Positions 26,697-41,559 of a DNA stretch of 64,000 nt are shown piece after piece. Every line of letters starts with the position of its first letter. The first letter of the stretch is position 1. The notes below the pieces were generated by a model. That model saw nothing but the letters and a program-made list of their open reading frames with translations, had not been told where the DNA came from and made no database searches. The stretch is from the human T2T-CHM13v2.0 reference genome, Homo sapiens: NCBI RefSeq assembly GCF_009914755.1, contig NC_060929.1; one strand, given 5' to 3'. A program made the translations under genes and the position numbers.

Positions 26697-26871
26697 ATGA
26701 GAAAACCAACCATAATCCTCTAGAAACCTCTTTGAACAAGGACCCTACTTTTGAGAGAATGAGGTTAACAGACGCGTAATTCCTTTGTAGTAACTGTTCG
26801 GTTTCTGTGCCCACTGTCTGGTAATCTGATGTGGATCTTGCTACTGAAGAGAATCAAAGTAGGTTGTAGAG
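26697..26871 (+). pseudogene. Candidate exon, phase 1-2, 3 stops
   Basis: Pyrimidine tract with atypical GAG acceptor, donor GAG|GTACGT. Reads EKTNHNPLETSLNKDPTFERMRLTDA*FLCSNCSVSVPTVW*SDVDLATEENQSRL*. Confidence 0.45.
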
Positions 26872-27492
26872 GTACGTCTTTAGGTTCTTTTGTTTTTTAA
26901 CAGACAAATTGCTCCTTACTCAACTATTTTGTTTTTCTCTTTAAAGAGAGAATGTGATTTCACATTCTTATTTGTAAAAAATAAATCTTATTTTCTACAA
27001 AAAAGTTAATCTTATTTTTTACAAAAAAAGTCCTATTTTTTACAAATAAGATTTTAAATCTTATTGTTTAAATCTTCTTTCACTATCTTAGTGAAATATA
27101 GTAAGTCTTTATTTGTCAAATAAATTGCAGTGCCTCTTGCCCAGATACACACCTCCTGATGTTATAACAAGTATCCAGAAATATAATTGTTTAAATTACA
27201 ATCACCCCTGCATCTCCAGCTATTTAACGCACTTCATGAATAACTTTGAAATGGTCCTAGTAACTAAGACAATAAATACTTTTTTAGTTCTCTGCTTCTG
27301 TCTCTACCTATGCTTTGCCAATACTGCTGTGGCTTTTATGCTTCTACATATTTTCTCATTACAAAGAATTTTGTCATGGTTATATTAGGTCAAACACATT
27401 TCTAGGACTTTTGCTATTTATCAAATGGTTTTATATATCTTAACCATAGGTCAGCCTTGTCGATGTATTGTGGCTTTATCCTAATTCATCAC

Positions 27493-27944
27493 TGCTATGG
27501 TTTAGATATGGTTTGTTTGTCCGCACCAAATCTTACGTTGAAATTTGATCCCTAGTGTGGTGATGTTTGGAGATGTTGCCTGGTGGGAGGTTGTTTGGGT
27601 GATGGGGGCAGACCCCTCATGAATGGCTCAGTGCCCTTCTAGGTCAGTGAGTTCTCACCCTTATTACTGGCTCAGTTCTCGAGTGCATGGATTCATTTCC
27701 TTGAGAGGGGGTTGCTATAAAGCCAGGATGCCCTCAGGCTTGATCCCTCTGTGCATGTGTGCCCGCTTCCCCTCGGACCATCTCTGCCGTGTTTTGATGC
27801 CGCCCAAAGACCCTCACCAGAAACCAAGCAGATGCTGACACCATGTTTCTTGTACAGCCTGCAGAACCATGGGCTAAATTAAACCCTTTATTAACTACCC
27901 AGTCTCAGGTATTTCTTTATAGCAACACAAAACAGACTAAAACA
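27493..27944 (+). mobile_element. MSTB-like solo LTR
   Basis: tgctatggtttagatatggtttg...atagcaacacaaaacagactaaaaca. Confidence 0.85.
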
Positions 27945-28946
27945 ATTGTGTAGAAAAAAATTTTTTTTTCTAAAATGCATTGTATTCTCACTTAAATAAC
28001 TAATTTTACACATGCTTGTTTGAAGAATAATTGCTTGCATGATTACCATCAATATGGTAATATTATTAGACCTTAATATAAATTTTAAAACAACTAATTT
28101 TCCATTCTCTTTCTTTTCCATACTCTTCTCATGTATTCTTTATCTCTGTGAATGGCAACATCAGGTACTCCATCACCCAGCCCAGAAACCTGGGCAATTA
28201 TCTTTTGCTTCCCGATACTCATACAGTCCCCCAACACCCCACCACCACCACCAATTATTTATGTGGTTGATCTTATATCCTTAATATCACTTGGTCCCAT
28301 CACTAACTTCCTGTGTCACCACTTGGTCCCCTCTTCCTTAGTTCAAGTCTGTATCCCTTCTCCCTTAGATCACTGCATTTCCCACCTAATTAGTCTGCTA
28401 TGTTTAGTCTCTCTGGTTTTTAAGCAGGCTTACCCCTCAAAATAACAACCTCGTTTATCTTTCCCTGGTAGAATGTCTCTTAGTTTTTACAACTACAATT
28501 TCATAGGTGCTTCACTTGATGTTTGTATCAGAAAATTTTATAAATTTCTTATTCAGTGTAGCTGCATCAGTTTGAGCAACGACTAAAGGTTTTTGCATCT
28601 CTCATGTCACTAACGCTATGAGAGGCCCTTTTACTTTTCACAAAACTATGTGGTTTAGCAATCATATTGTTTGATCAGTAAATTAGAGCTTGTAGATATT
28701 TTAGATAAGCTTTAGGAAAATGTTAGGGATTTGCATTGATTTATTTTGCATTATAATTATTTACACTTAAAATAATGGGAGATAAGCCCCAATTAGCTTT
28801 GTACTGAGGAATATTAGAACATCTTACTTTCATGAGTTATTGACATTTAGAGTGAGACTCATATACTTTCTCTACAATGTTGCCTGTGAGATCTTGCTAA
28901 AATATAAATTCAACCCTCCTATTTCTCAGGTTAAATTTTTTTCTCT

Positions 28947-29306
<360 letters not shown>

Positions 29307-30718
29307 TTAAACTCTCTGTTGCTTGAAGAAAGCTTTCTATACCTCTCCTTGACTTTTCACACTGCCCCTTCAAAGCAGTCTTTCTCCGTTCAGGACCATG
29401 TGTATCTGAATCACCTGAGATGCATATTAAAAATGTGAGTTCCCAGACAATTTCCCAGACATTCAGAATCAGAGGTTCTGGGAGTCTAGCCTAGGAATCT
29501 TCACCCACTGCATAAGTTATTGGTCAGGACACTCACCTAAGCAATAACTTATGAAGTGTGTATGTAATTCCTCTAAGAAATCTATTGCCTCTTCTCCTGT
29601 CCCCTACTCAGTCTGTCGAGATGCTTCAAATCTGGGCTCATGCTTGTCCTTGTGCATGTCTTGATCTAACCCCTTCCACACCATAGTATTTTCAGTTATT
29701 TACGTGTTTTTTTCTTCTCAACTCTTTGGTATATTCTTAAGAGAAGGAGCCATGTTTTATTCAGTGTTGTGTCCTCCGTAATTGGTGTAGCAAATGTCCA
29801 AGTACATTTGCCTGACCAATAAATGGGTGAAAGACATCTGCCAAGATGGTAAAAATTGGAGATGGGACCTCTGTTTATTTGATGTTATATTACCAATATT
29901 TATGTAGCATCTTCTCTCATATTTTTTATCATATACTTAAGATGATGGGTTTGGTCACCAGAATCTTGTCCTGATTCACAATCCCAATATGCATATATCA
30001 GCATTATTTACAAAGTCTTAGCTAATGGGCCATGGTTAATATTGCACTAAGAAACATTTGCTTGTGCCTACACTTTTTATTTTACTGCCCTTACTACCAC
30101 CACTAGTAACATGCCCCAAATAGTAATAATACCTAACCAGCATATTGGAGAGTTTTTGGATTACTATTATTTTCATTTATAATGGAATTCCTGTTTTCAC
30201 TGAATCAATACAGCCTGATCTTTTCTTCATATCCTACCAAATATGAGGAGAGAATAAATAGAAAATAAAAAAGAATTGTTTTTCTTGTCAGTTTCCATGG
30301 CAATGGAGCTTTCTATTTGTTTAACCAGTAAAGAATGTTCACACAACCTGTTTTTCTTTTTTTTCCCCCGTCTCACACTCTCTCACACACACATACATAT
30401 ATACAAACATCATAAAAGTTTATTCTGTCAAATCTAGCCAAAACTATAATATGTTTTAATGCTTTTTCTACTTTAGTTAATTTGTCTTACCCAGTGCTAT
30501 TTTACTTATAATAAAAAGATAAACACTATGTAAATTCGCATGTGTGATAAATATTTAGAAAATGTGAGAGGAGCAAATATGTGATATTTTCAAAATATAC
30601 TACAGCTCTCAGGGTTATGAAGACTTTCACTTTGCTAATTGGGGTTTCAATAAAATTAAAAAGGAGATAGTCATCATTTCTATTGTTTACGCATTGTCTT
30701 GCCAATATATGTAATTAT

Positions 30719-30732
30719 GTGCCATCTATTGG
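30719..30732 (-). promoter_or_regulatory. CTCF-like motif
   Basis: The reverse strand reads CCAATAGATGGCAC, close to the CTCF core CCASYAGRKGGCRS. Confidence 0.4.
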
Positions 30733-32025
30733 AAAGATCCATACGTAGTCAGATCCATGGAGTACAGGACTAATTAACTGAAATCATTATTCTTTATTTG
30801 TATGAATGAATTAGGTCATTTGCTGGGAAGGTAGATTAAATTTCTTCTGTGTTCTGAAAGGCCGACATTGCTTTTTGAAATACCCTCCAGGGAGGGCTGG
30901 ATGAATTCGACAATTTGATTTACAGTATTAATGTAGAAAATAATTTAATTCTATACCCAGGGGATTAATGAATATCTATTTCCACCTATACTAGCTTGTT
31001 ATTCTCAGTAATTAGGGTTTACCATGGCAATTATTGAACTTTAATTTTCATGTGTTTGTGAGTCACACTATTCTGTAGCATAGTTACGTTGTTAGCATAT
31101 ATTAGCATTAACTACATGATGTTAGTAAGTAGTCATGACTAAGTATTGTACTAAGAAACTCCTTTGGTTTCTATACATAACATTACATTTGGATTGCTGC
31201 TGTTAATACCACCACTAATAATGTGCCTAAAATAGTGAATAGTAAATAGTAAATTATATATATGGTTGCATTTGATCTTAGCAAAGTTAAAAGTATCTAG
31301 ATAAGTCTTTGAGAGTAGTACCAATTCTATTTATTCTGTCAATGACATCTTGCCTTCTTTTTGTGACCCTGTTTGATCAACTGTAACTTATAATTTATTT
31401 TTAAAAATACATTTTTGACCAGGGAGTGAAATGATAAACTTAATAAATGACAATATCATCAGATCATTTAATGATTTTACATTTAACAGTTGCTAATTTA
31501 TTCAGATACCTTCCATGAAATCACATTATTTAAATGTTGCCTTGCTAACTTGCCTGTTATTTTGGAATATATTTAAAAATTAATGGTATATGTACCTTAC
31601 AGTGAATGTAAGGTAAATATAAAATAGTTATTTCTCATCTTGCTTTTGTGTGTTCAGTTTTCTAAAAGGGGTCCATGAAACTTCCAGTAAAATGTGAAAT
31701 TTAATTCACCTAAAATTCGGAGTATAAAAATATGCCCTATATTTGTTATATCTGGGGAAGGGGTAAAGTTAAATAATGATGGACTCATAAACTTGAGATA
31801 GACTGAGAACCATAAACAATGACTAGAATGTCCTTGGATATTCCTAGAGAAGACCTCTCAAAATTATTGAAACATTTCATAATAACTTCTAGAATGTTCC
31901 AGGTCAGAGTGATTTTCACTCTTAGATAATGAAACCTTCAATTCTTTCTTTAGAAGTGGGAAAAATCTATACAGATGAGTGTATAGTCCTTGAGTTTTGT
32001 TTCTTAGGTTTTGTTTTCCCTACAG

Positions 32026-32095
32026 GAAGGAAAAAAAAGAGGTTATAGTTGCTTACAGATGTTAGGAAACCCAGTTATAGGGAATCTAGTCAATG
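32026..32095 (+). pseudogene. Candidate exon, phase 0-1, open
   Basis: Strong acceptor ttttgttttccctacAG and donor ATG|GTAAGG. Reads EGKKRGYSCLQMLGNPVIGNLVN. Confidence 0.55.
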
Positions 32096-33631
32096 GTAAG
32101 GGATTTTTGAGAATACATTTCTTCTCCAGAAATTACATAAGGAAGAAGGGACCATAACCTAGAGTTTGATTCTGATCATGCTATACTTTTACTTTTTCAG
32201 AGGTCAGTTTCCCAGCTTGCCTCACAGTTAGTATTGGGAAGATAAATATAAAGCAAGAATAATAATACATGACAATATAATGGGAAAGAAATTTCGTAAA
32301 TGTTTGAAGGGTGAGTTTCATCAGCTATTTAAAACTAATGTGTTTAAAGTACAGAGGAAAAGAGCCCAACCAAGGTTCGGTGAGAGCTAATCATTGGGCC
32401 TAAATGTCTTCAGATTTACAGTTTTTCAGTAAAATGTGCGTAAGAAGTAAATAAAGAATACTGAAGTCTAAAACCATCATCACAGGGTTTTAAAGACAGT
32501 TCTGAGAACAGTGCTGAAGAAATTAACACCCAGGGCTTACATGTAACACCCTCCACCCTTTTCTGTTTTTTTTGGTCTCATGTATTAATAAAGTGTACAG
32601 AGAGGAAAAATGAGTAAGACGGTTTAGCCTCAGATAGGAGGAAATGCTTGTTCTCTAAATACACAGCATTATAGCACATATTATTTAAACATAACACAGT
32701 AAGACCATTCCCCGCCCCCCCAATAGCTCTTCAAAGGGAAATACAAGCTTTTTGGCATGAACTACTTATCACATTTTCCTAATACTAGGTATTGGTAGCA
32801 ACTCTTAAAGTTTTTAAACAGTTTATTCCACTTAAAATATGCAATCAATGTAGACACTTCTTCTGGGTAGTACTTATATCTCCTATTTAATAATCAGATG
32901 TTGTCCTCATCCTTCCCTATGATTGATGGTCAAAAAAAAAAAAAAAAAGCCTGTCTTGCTTTTTTAAGGGCTTTCTCCTTGCCTGTTTTGTAATTGTGTA
33001 ACCCCCACCCCCAGGGAGAATCTAAATTCTTTCCACATTAGAAATAAAATATCAAGTTCTTTTCTCTAGCTTTTCCATTATTGATATAATCTAATTTAAA
33101 TGAGTTTGATAAGATTTAAAAATGACAGTTGTTCATCCAAATCTTTTAAATATAGAAGCCCATTGCAGCAGTCTGTATTTTACTGAGCCTTTACTTGATT
33201 AATGTAAGGAAAGTGCCTTTCCTGCTTCGAATTTTCGAGCAATTAGTTTGGGAAGTGTTTATTTGTAGGAAAAAAGAATGTGCAGACTCTGACCCTGACT
33301 TTCTGCAGTGTGCTGCTCTTTCATGGTGACATCTAATCTGTTTTAACCCCTATTAAGGACAATACAAGATAGTCATTCAAATTATGTTTTACAAAATGTA
33401 CTTTTGCTGATTTCATATTGACAATATGGAGAGTTAATTTTCTTCTGCGTGCTTAGAGAAGTGGTCAGAGATTAGAAATTATTGGTAAACATGAATAGCA
33501 TGAAAAAAAATTGGACAAAACATTGAAGCAGCGTTCATAAATGATCTACAATTTGAGATAGACTAATTCAGACTGCTCCCTAATGTCACTTTGTAAACTA
33601 CAGTGTATAAACTTATGTTGGTAATAGGACA

Positions 33632-33689
33632 ATTCTAAAGGTATTTTATATTATTGAGTTATTCTAAAGGTATTTTATATTATAAGTTA
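33632..33689. repeat. 29-bp tandem duplication
   Basis: attctaaaggtattttatattat occurs at 33632 and 33661. Confidence 0.9.
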
Positions 33690-33769
33690 TCTGAGTTTTA
33701 ATGTTGCACAGGATCAAAAGTGACAGTGGCTGGGCTGGAATTGAGTTCAGTTTTATTAATCTATTTTTA

Positions 33770-34870
33770 TTGATTCAGCAAATGTTTGATGAGTGATTGA
33801 TTTATGGCATAAGGCAGGTTATATAGTGGAAAATAGAAAGTTCTTCCCTTGAGAAGTATTTTCATATAACACATTTTTCTCCACTATGTAAAACTTATTT
33901 TCAGTGTTGTATTAGGGTCCTTTATGGATTAGTGTTATGAACATCTCTCAGGCTGGTCAGCCCCTTAATTTGGCTTTGTATGAGAGAGAGTGGTGAAAGG
34001 ATCCTAATTTGGATTTGGTATAGGGATCAGTGAAATTTTCTCTAAGGAATTAACCTTTAGGTTGAGACCTGGTGAAATTAGCCATATGAAAAATCCAGCA
34101 AAGAGTGTTCTGTGCAAAAGAAGCAACATGCAAAAGGTACAGTGCTGGGAACCAGCTAAGAAAGAAGGCCTGTGTAGTCAGAGAAGGAAGTAAGGAACTC
34201 AGACAAGCTGGAGGGCCAACAGGAGGAGCCAGATCAGGTGGGGTTCTGGCTCACAAAATAGATGTGCCCTATAACAAAAGAAGCCACGGAATCAAAGAGA
34301 AACAGTGATATTGTCTTAGTCTGCTTGGGCTGCTCTAACAAACTACCATAAACTAGGTGGCTTCTAAACAACCAAAATTTATTTCTCACTGTTCTGGAGG
34401 CTGAGAAGTCCCAGATCAAGGCACCAGTAGATTTGGTGTCTGTTGAAGGCCTGGTTTTTGAGTCATAGACAGCTGTCTTTGGGCTGTGTCCTCCCATAGC
34501 AGAAGGGCCAGGGAACTCCCTGGGATGTCTTGATAAATGTACTAACTCCATTCATGAGGGTTCTGCCTTCATGACCTAATCTCCTCTCAAAGGCCCCATG
34601 CATGTCCAAATATGATCACATTGTGCATTTGAATTCAGCATATGGAATTGAGGTGGGACACAAACCTGCAGTCTATAGCAGATATCATCTGGTTTGTGCG
34701 TAATTCGTTTTGACCACCATTGAGAATGGATTGAAAGGCCAAGAATGAAACAAGAAGAGGCCAGTTTTATTAACATGGATAGCCCCTTGCAGGCATTTAG
34801 GTAAGAGATTCTGGTGACTCTAAGGACCAGTACAATGAAGATGAAAAGTGAAGTGATGTGAAGGAAATTT
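33770..34870 (-). mobile_element. L2 fragment interrupted by MLT1
   Basis: attcagcaaatgttt terminus followed by purine-rich L2-like sequence. Boundaries are approximate. Confidence 0.55.
34312..34680 (-). mobile_element. MLT1A/B-like solo LTR
   Basis: tgtcttagtctgcttgggctgc...cagtctatagca. TSD gatat at 34307-34311 and 34681-34685. Confidence 0.85.
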
Positions 34871-35251
34871 CATAGGAACTTGTTGCCTCACAAGACCATG
34901 TTACCAAGGAGAGTTACTTGTTTGTATATATTTTTTCTGATATTTCTGATCTCTGCAGCCCACCCTTTCTTTCCTTGAAATTTCTGCATGACCATGGATT
35001 CCTTAGCAGTTTCTTATAGCATTCATAGATTGAAATGACTATTTATCTGTAGTATCTCCTCTTAATTACCAATCCAACATTTTGAAAATCATCACATTTT
35101 ATTTGGAAAAGTAATAAAATGGGACTAATGAAGTGATTAAAATGTAAACTGCCTTCACCATAATTAAATACTATAGTAAAGGAAGATAATAATTTTCAAA
35201 ATAAATTGACTGCTTGTTGAAAACACTGGTAAGCAGGATTTCCTTCAATAG

Positions 35252-35443
35252 AATTCATTGTTTCACATCAGCAAAAAATATTATTATGGACTCTCAGGTG
35301 GGATCTATAAATAGCAGTGATTTATTTTACCAGTATTGATGTAAATATATTTTGCCTTGTAATTCTGAACCTAATTTGCATTCTTATAAGAAAATCATGC
35401 TTACTTACTTCTCTGAAAATGGGATCTTACTGCCCTTAAAATT
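35252..35443 (+). pseudogene. Candidate exon, phase 2-2, 1 stop
   Basis: Acceptor tttccttcaatAG, donor ATT|GTATGT. 192 nt, reading IHCFTSAKNIIMDSQVGSINSSDLFYQY*CKYILPCNSEPNLHSYKKIMLTYFSENGILLPLK. Confidence 0.45.
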
Positions 35444-36235
35444 GTATGTAATTGTTTTTGGCATTTTATATTACATTGTGTTTTAAAAAGTAAGTTGTTT
35501 TAAAACAAATTATCATAAAAATTTGCCTTCCTTCTGCAAGCTTGTCATATTAATCTATTTAAATTTGAATTAAACAATAACATGTAATTAAGTAAAATTC
35601 TTGTAACATTTTATTCTGTTACCACATTTTTAAAAATACTGACAAGTTTACTTTTCTGTAATTTGAGATAAAAATATTATTTTTCCCAACGGCCATGTGT
35701 GTGTGTGCATTCACACATAAGTACATAGGTAAATCTAATTTAAAATAGTGGGGAGTGGGATGCCTAGTGCTGTCTTTTCCTGTGTTTACAGCCATCATCA
35801 CTAGGGTGTCGCAACCTCACGTGACTTGCCCTTGCAGCCTCTAGGAACACTGACTAAATTTGTGCCCCAAAGGCACTGTAGTAGCAAATGCAGCCTTTCT
35901 GGTTCTCTAACACTATGGTACTTCCTGAGACACAGGGAAGGAGTTTCATGCTGGCATTAAGAAGCTCTGCCATGGCACTGAACTCAGCAAATTGTATAAT
36001 GTGAGTCTAATAAATCTACAGCATATAAAGGATTTACTCTTTCATTTGATATCTAGAAATGCCCAAACCCTGAACAACTTTGTAAAAGGAGAATATAGCT
36101 AGGAGGAAGAATAGCCACAAGTCTGGGGTAGTAGAGCACCTCAACCTCTGTGAACATTTATGTCACCTGTAAAAGAAATATGATAATAGGCTTACCATGA
36201 GGATTAAACAAGGCATGCACAATATCAGATGCATA

Positions 36236-37290
<1,055 letters not shown>

Positions 37291-37487
37291 CAGAAGCATA
37301 CTTTTTAATAATTATGAACTATTATTACAATTACTATTTTGGCTAAGCATCCAACATGTCACCTGGTACATAATAGCTGCTTAATTAAATTAGCTGTAGT
37401 GAAAATGACAACTTATTATCTCACATAACTGAAAAGTATAGGGGTGGTCCTAGTCCTGGGCTCATCTGGAGAGGGTGCTGGAAAAAA

Positions 37488-37830
37488 TCTCTGTCTCTGT
37501 CTCTCTCTTTCTTTATTTCTGTCATTCTCTCTCTTATTACTTTTTGTATTGTCTATTTTTATCTCACTGTTTCCATATCATTTCTCTATCTTTTTTCTTT
37601 TGTCCCTTTCTAAAGCTCTCTTATTATGTTTTATCTCATTATCATTCTCTTGCTGCCTCTGTCTCTCTTCCTCTTTTCTCTCTGCCTCTTTGTCTCTCCC
37701 CCACATCTGCTTCTCCTACTGATTCCTCACCACCTCATATCTCTCTCTTCTTTTTCCCTCCTCCTCTCTGTCTGTCCTTCTATCTTTGCTTATTTATCTA
37801 TTCTGTCTTCTTCCCTCCTTCTTTCCTGTG
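37488..37830. repeat. CT-rich low-complexity tract
   Basis: About 340 nt dominated by C and T, which explains the overlapping hydrophobic ORFs. Confidence 0.85.
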
Positions 37831-37852
37831 TGTTGGATATGATTCTTGATAG

Positions 37853-37943
37853 ACTGTCATCAGTGCCGGTGGCCCCACAGAAAAGAAATTACTACTTCTC
37901 TCTTACCCCCAGCCAAAAGCCAGTTGCCCCAATCGTCACAGAA
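37853..37943 (+). pseudogene. Candidate exon, phase 2-0, open
   Basis: AG at 37851-37852 after a long CT-rich tract, donor GAA|GTGAGT. Reads LSSVPVAPQKRNYYFSLTPSQKPVAPIVTE. Confidence 0.55.
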
Positions 37944-40307
37944 GTGAGTAAAGTGCTATTTGCCGAGGTCTGGAGCCAGAAGCTTTGTTCTACCCAAGTC
38001 TCTTGGACTCAAAGGGAATTGTGTGTGAAAACAATAACTACTGTAGCTTATTAGATTAATTATTATTTAGCAGGTCTCATGCTACACATTTTAATAATCT
38101 TATTTCATCCTCATAACATTTTTAAGTATTAAGAACTATGCTATCCTCATTCAACAAATCAGGAAATTGAGGTTTAGAAAATTAAGGGTCTTTCACAAGG
38201 TTGTATATCAACTAAGCAACTAAGCTGGCATTATTAATAGAATATAGACTGTCTGCCCCAAGCCCTGTACTGTTAATGCCACACACACACCACTGCCTCA
38301 CAAGGAAATTAAATTTACTGGGTCTCCATGTGTTCATGAGGTGTTTGATTTATATATTTATGCTGTTTAGACCTTATAATATTAATTTTGTAATTAACAT
38401 GCAATATATTATACACACATTTGAGCACCTTCTGCTCCTTCCCAAAAGTTCTCAGCTAGCCCTCTTTTTTTTAAAATAAAACTTTGTGAGGTTTTCATTT
38501 AACATATTGTTTTATATCTACCAGAACTTCAGTAACATAATCTCTTGGTAACATAGCCATTAGAGAGAAAATCAGCATTGGTTGCCCACTGTGGGCACAG
38601 AGACAGAATTGATTCTCCTACCAACCCCCATCCCCACTCCATCTTTCCGCTAGAAATGGAGGGGTTGAAGTCCAAAGACTTCTTATATTCAACAACATGT
38701 CAAATTGTATCTCTTTTGTATAGCCAAAAATGTAAGAAGTAGTGGATTATACCTTTTTCTTTGAATATTATAAATGAAAGTTACTACAGACACAAATATT
38801 TGCATCTGTCCTATACTTAAATTTTTTTCCTAAATTAGTTTTCTGATTTTTAATTTTTTATTATTTTCTTATTTCTTTTCAAGAGATCCTCCACTTTATC
38901 CTCTAGGTTGATGGTATGCTGTTTTTTATTATTTTGTCTATATTTAACCACAATTTGAATTATCTCACCTAAAATATCTTTGTCATCTCAATGTTTTGTT
39001 CTAATGAACTGAAAAAGAAAGTTTTAAGTGTCATAGTTTTCTGGTTATATGATGTTTTGCCAGTTTTGCACAGATTTAGAGTTTTAATGACTTTTAAAAT
39101 TGCTTCCAGTAATGGAGGCAGCATTTTACATTTCCTTTAACCTATGTCAGAGATGATACACAAAATCCTGAATTTAAAAAACTGTATATGCTAAAAAAAT
39201 TGTTTATCAGGAAGTCAAGTAAACTTACTTTTATTGTTAAAACTGTATTTTGAGGTTAATTTTCCAAAAGGAGCATGTGCCACAACTCTGATATAATACT
39301 GGTGCTTAGAACATTATTCAAAAATAGGGAAATTTTAATGTTATTCTTTAGTCATTATTATTTTGGTTTCTGAAAATAACTTGTTAATTCAATAGAGGTT
39401 TTTAAATACTGTTTTTGAAAAGTTGATATGTAAATAGTAATTTAATGTGTTTAATTCCAATATCCATTTTTGGAATACTAGTAAAACTATTATCTGAGAC
39501 CTAATCCCACAGAGCCTTCCAGGTGGACTCTACTAAGTCAGGACAGTTTTAAGAGCTTTGGGGGCTTTAGTGTTATTCCCCGGAGCTAGGTTCTTAGAGT
39601 GTTTATGAACCTAGTCCCTTGATCTGAACTTTCCATTGAAGATTTGAGGATGGTCTAAAGAATGGTAATTAAGGCTTGTTATAATACATTTTGTTGTAAG
39701 AATAATGAATGAAAGTTTTTGCCTCATTGTATGTCCCTACAAATCAGGGATAGTTTTTACTTTTTTTAATTTTAATAGCTAGAGTATAGTGGGCTTATCC
39801 TAGAAGAATTAAACCTATTACTTATGGAGTATAAGAAGCAGATGGTGTCATATAAAGAAGACCAAATGAGATTGGCTCATTCCGAGTGGTATGAAAAATA
39901 AATAAATAAATAAATAAATAAAACAAAATGGAATTTCTAAGATAAACAGTTAAAAAAAGATGAAGACTGGGATTCTGCTTCTCTGGATGTGTATCCTGAT
40001 GAGCCATTAATTTCTCTATATTTTTGCTAACACATGAGAGGGCTGAAGATCTGTCCAAGGAGTTATATTATTAGACTCTAATTGTCTTTATTCATCCAAG
40101 ATATACTTATTTATTTGCTGTTATCTCATACTTTAATGGATTTTATGCATATATGAATTATCTAACTTTGAAATAGTGTGATATACAACATTATTATCTC
40201 ACTGTGTGCACAAAATATTTACTAGAACATCCCCCAGATTAACTTTCTACTGTTAAAGAATTGGGAAATTTCCAAGATGGGTGGGTATTTGTTTACCTTG
40301 TTTACAG

Positions 40308-40469
40308 TATTCCATGTGGCAACATTGCTTTGGCTAGTACACCAATAAAACTGTCATTGGTAATCAAGATCCCAGTGAATTATACAAGTTTTGAATTGGT
40401 TGATATGTGCAGGGGATATATATCTTGCATAAACTGTGAATACAATGTACATTGTTCCATGTAATATTT
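40308..40469 (+). pseudogene. Candidate exon, phase 0-0, 4 stops
   Basis: Acceptor tttaccttgtttacAG, donor TTT|GTAAGC. 162 nt, reading YSMWQHCFG*YTNKTVIGNQDPSELYKF*IG*YVQGIYILHKL*IQCTLFHVIF. Confidence 0.5.
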
Positions 40470-40681
40470 GTAAGCCATGCAAGGTTTGAATAAAGTTGTT
40501 CATTCAACATTGTAACTGTGTTGTTTAAGATGCAAAGGCACAAAATTGAATCTAATGGACATAGTATCTTCCCTCAGAAATTATGCAAGATAGTGTTACA
40601 AATTGACATTTGGGTAAATATGTAAAAATCTATTTTCAGTTTTAAAAATAAATAATTTCTGTTGAAATTAACTTGTTCTAG

Positions 40682-40826
40682 CAGAAATATGCCCAAGCCA
40701 AACATTTTGATATTTCACAGAGGCAGGCTAGAAACTCAGGAGAAGAAATTATCTTCAACTTAGATGTAACTTGATAAATATGCAATTTGATAAATCAGAG
40801 AATGTAGGCATTCGATGATGAATTCA
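40682..40826 (+). pseudogene. Candidate exon, phase 0-1
   Basis: Acceptor aacttgttctAG, donor TCA|GTAAAT. Reads QKYAQAKHFDISQRQARNSGEEIIFNLDVT**ICNLINQRM*AFDDEF. Confidence 0.5.
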
Positions 40827-41559
40827 GTAAATCAAAGTAAAATCACAACTTGTATTTCATTTATGGTTCCTCCCTATTCCTCTATTGCTTATTGTCAGTA
40901 AATACCAACTACATAAATGCATATGTATGGGTTTGGAATGTATCTGTTGCATGTCTATATAATATGTTCTATTTCCTGTAGTTATGTTCTGTTATGGCAG
41001 CCTTTATGTTTGCAAATCATTTCCCGTCACATATTATAGATGTGAGATATCCTTGAACAATAAGGGAATATTTCCCTCATAAATTAGTTGTTTGGAAGAT
41101 AGTGTTCATAGCACTTAGATTATATGTATTATCATTTCTACTAATGTAAAAATATTTTGTTAGATTGTGCCTGTTTGGATAATAAGGTGTTTAAATGGAA
41201 GCTTTGGCAGAGACACATTATAAAGGTAGATTTTGCCTAGGCTTTCCTCAGAAGAATCCCACTGTGACTCAATACCACCCATTTCCAAAATGAAAATGGT
41301 GCATGTTGCTATCACCTATCCTAAGCCTAGTGAGAGAGTCTTCAAGGAGATTTATTGGAGAGAACTCTGCTATGCCTCCCCCATCTCACCTTCCCAGGAG
41401 TTCTACCCGCCTCACTTCAGGTTAAGAGAGAGGAGATTTCAGTAGACCACTCTGAGGGCATAAAATGAGTACCCAGGTTAGACATACGCCTGGGAAATCA
41501 AAGCTGAATACGAATGAGAGAGAGGTGTATGCTTTGGGATAAACCTACACTCCTGAAGT

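Noticed and set aside
37444-37850. Three overlapping hydrophobic ORFs
   Set aside because: They arise from CT-rich low complexity that lacks stop codons. Only 37853-37943 has exon signals.
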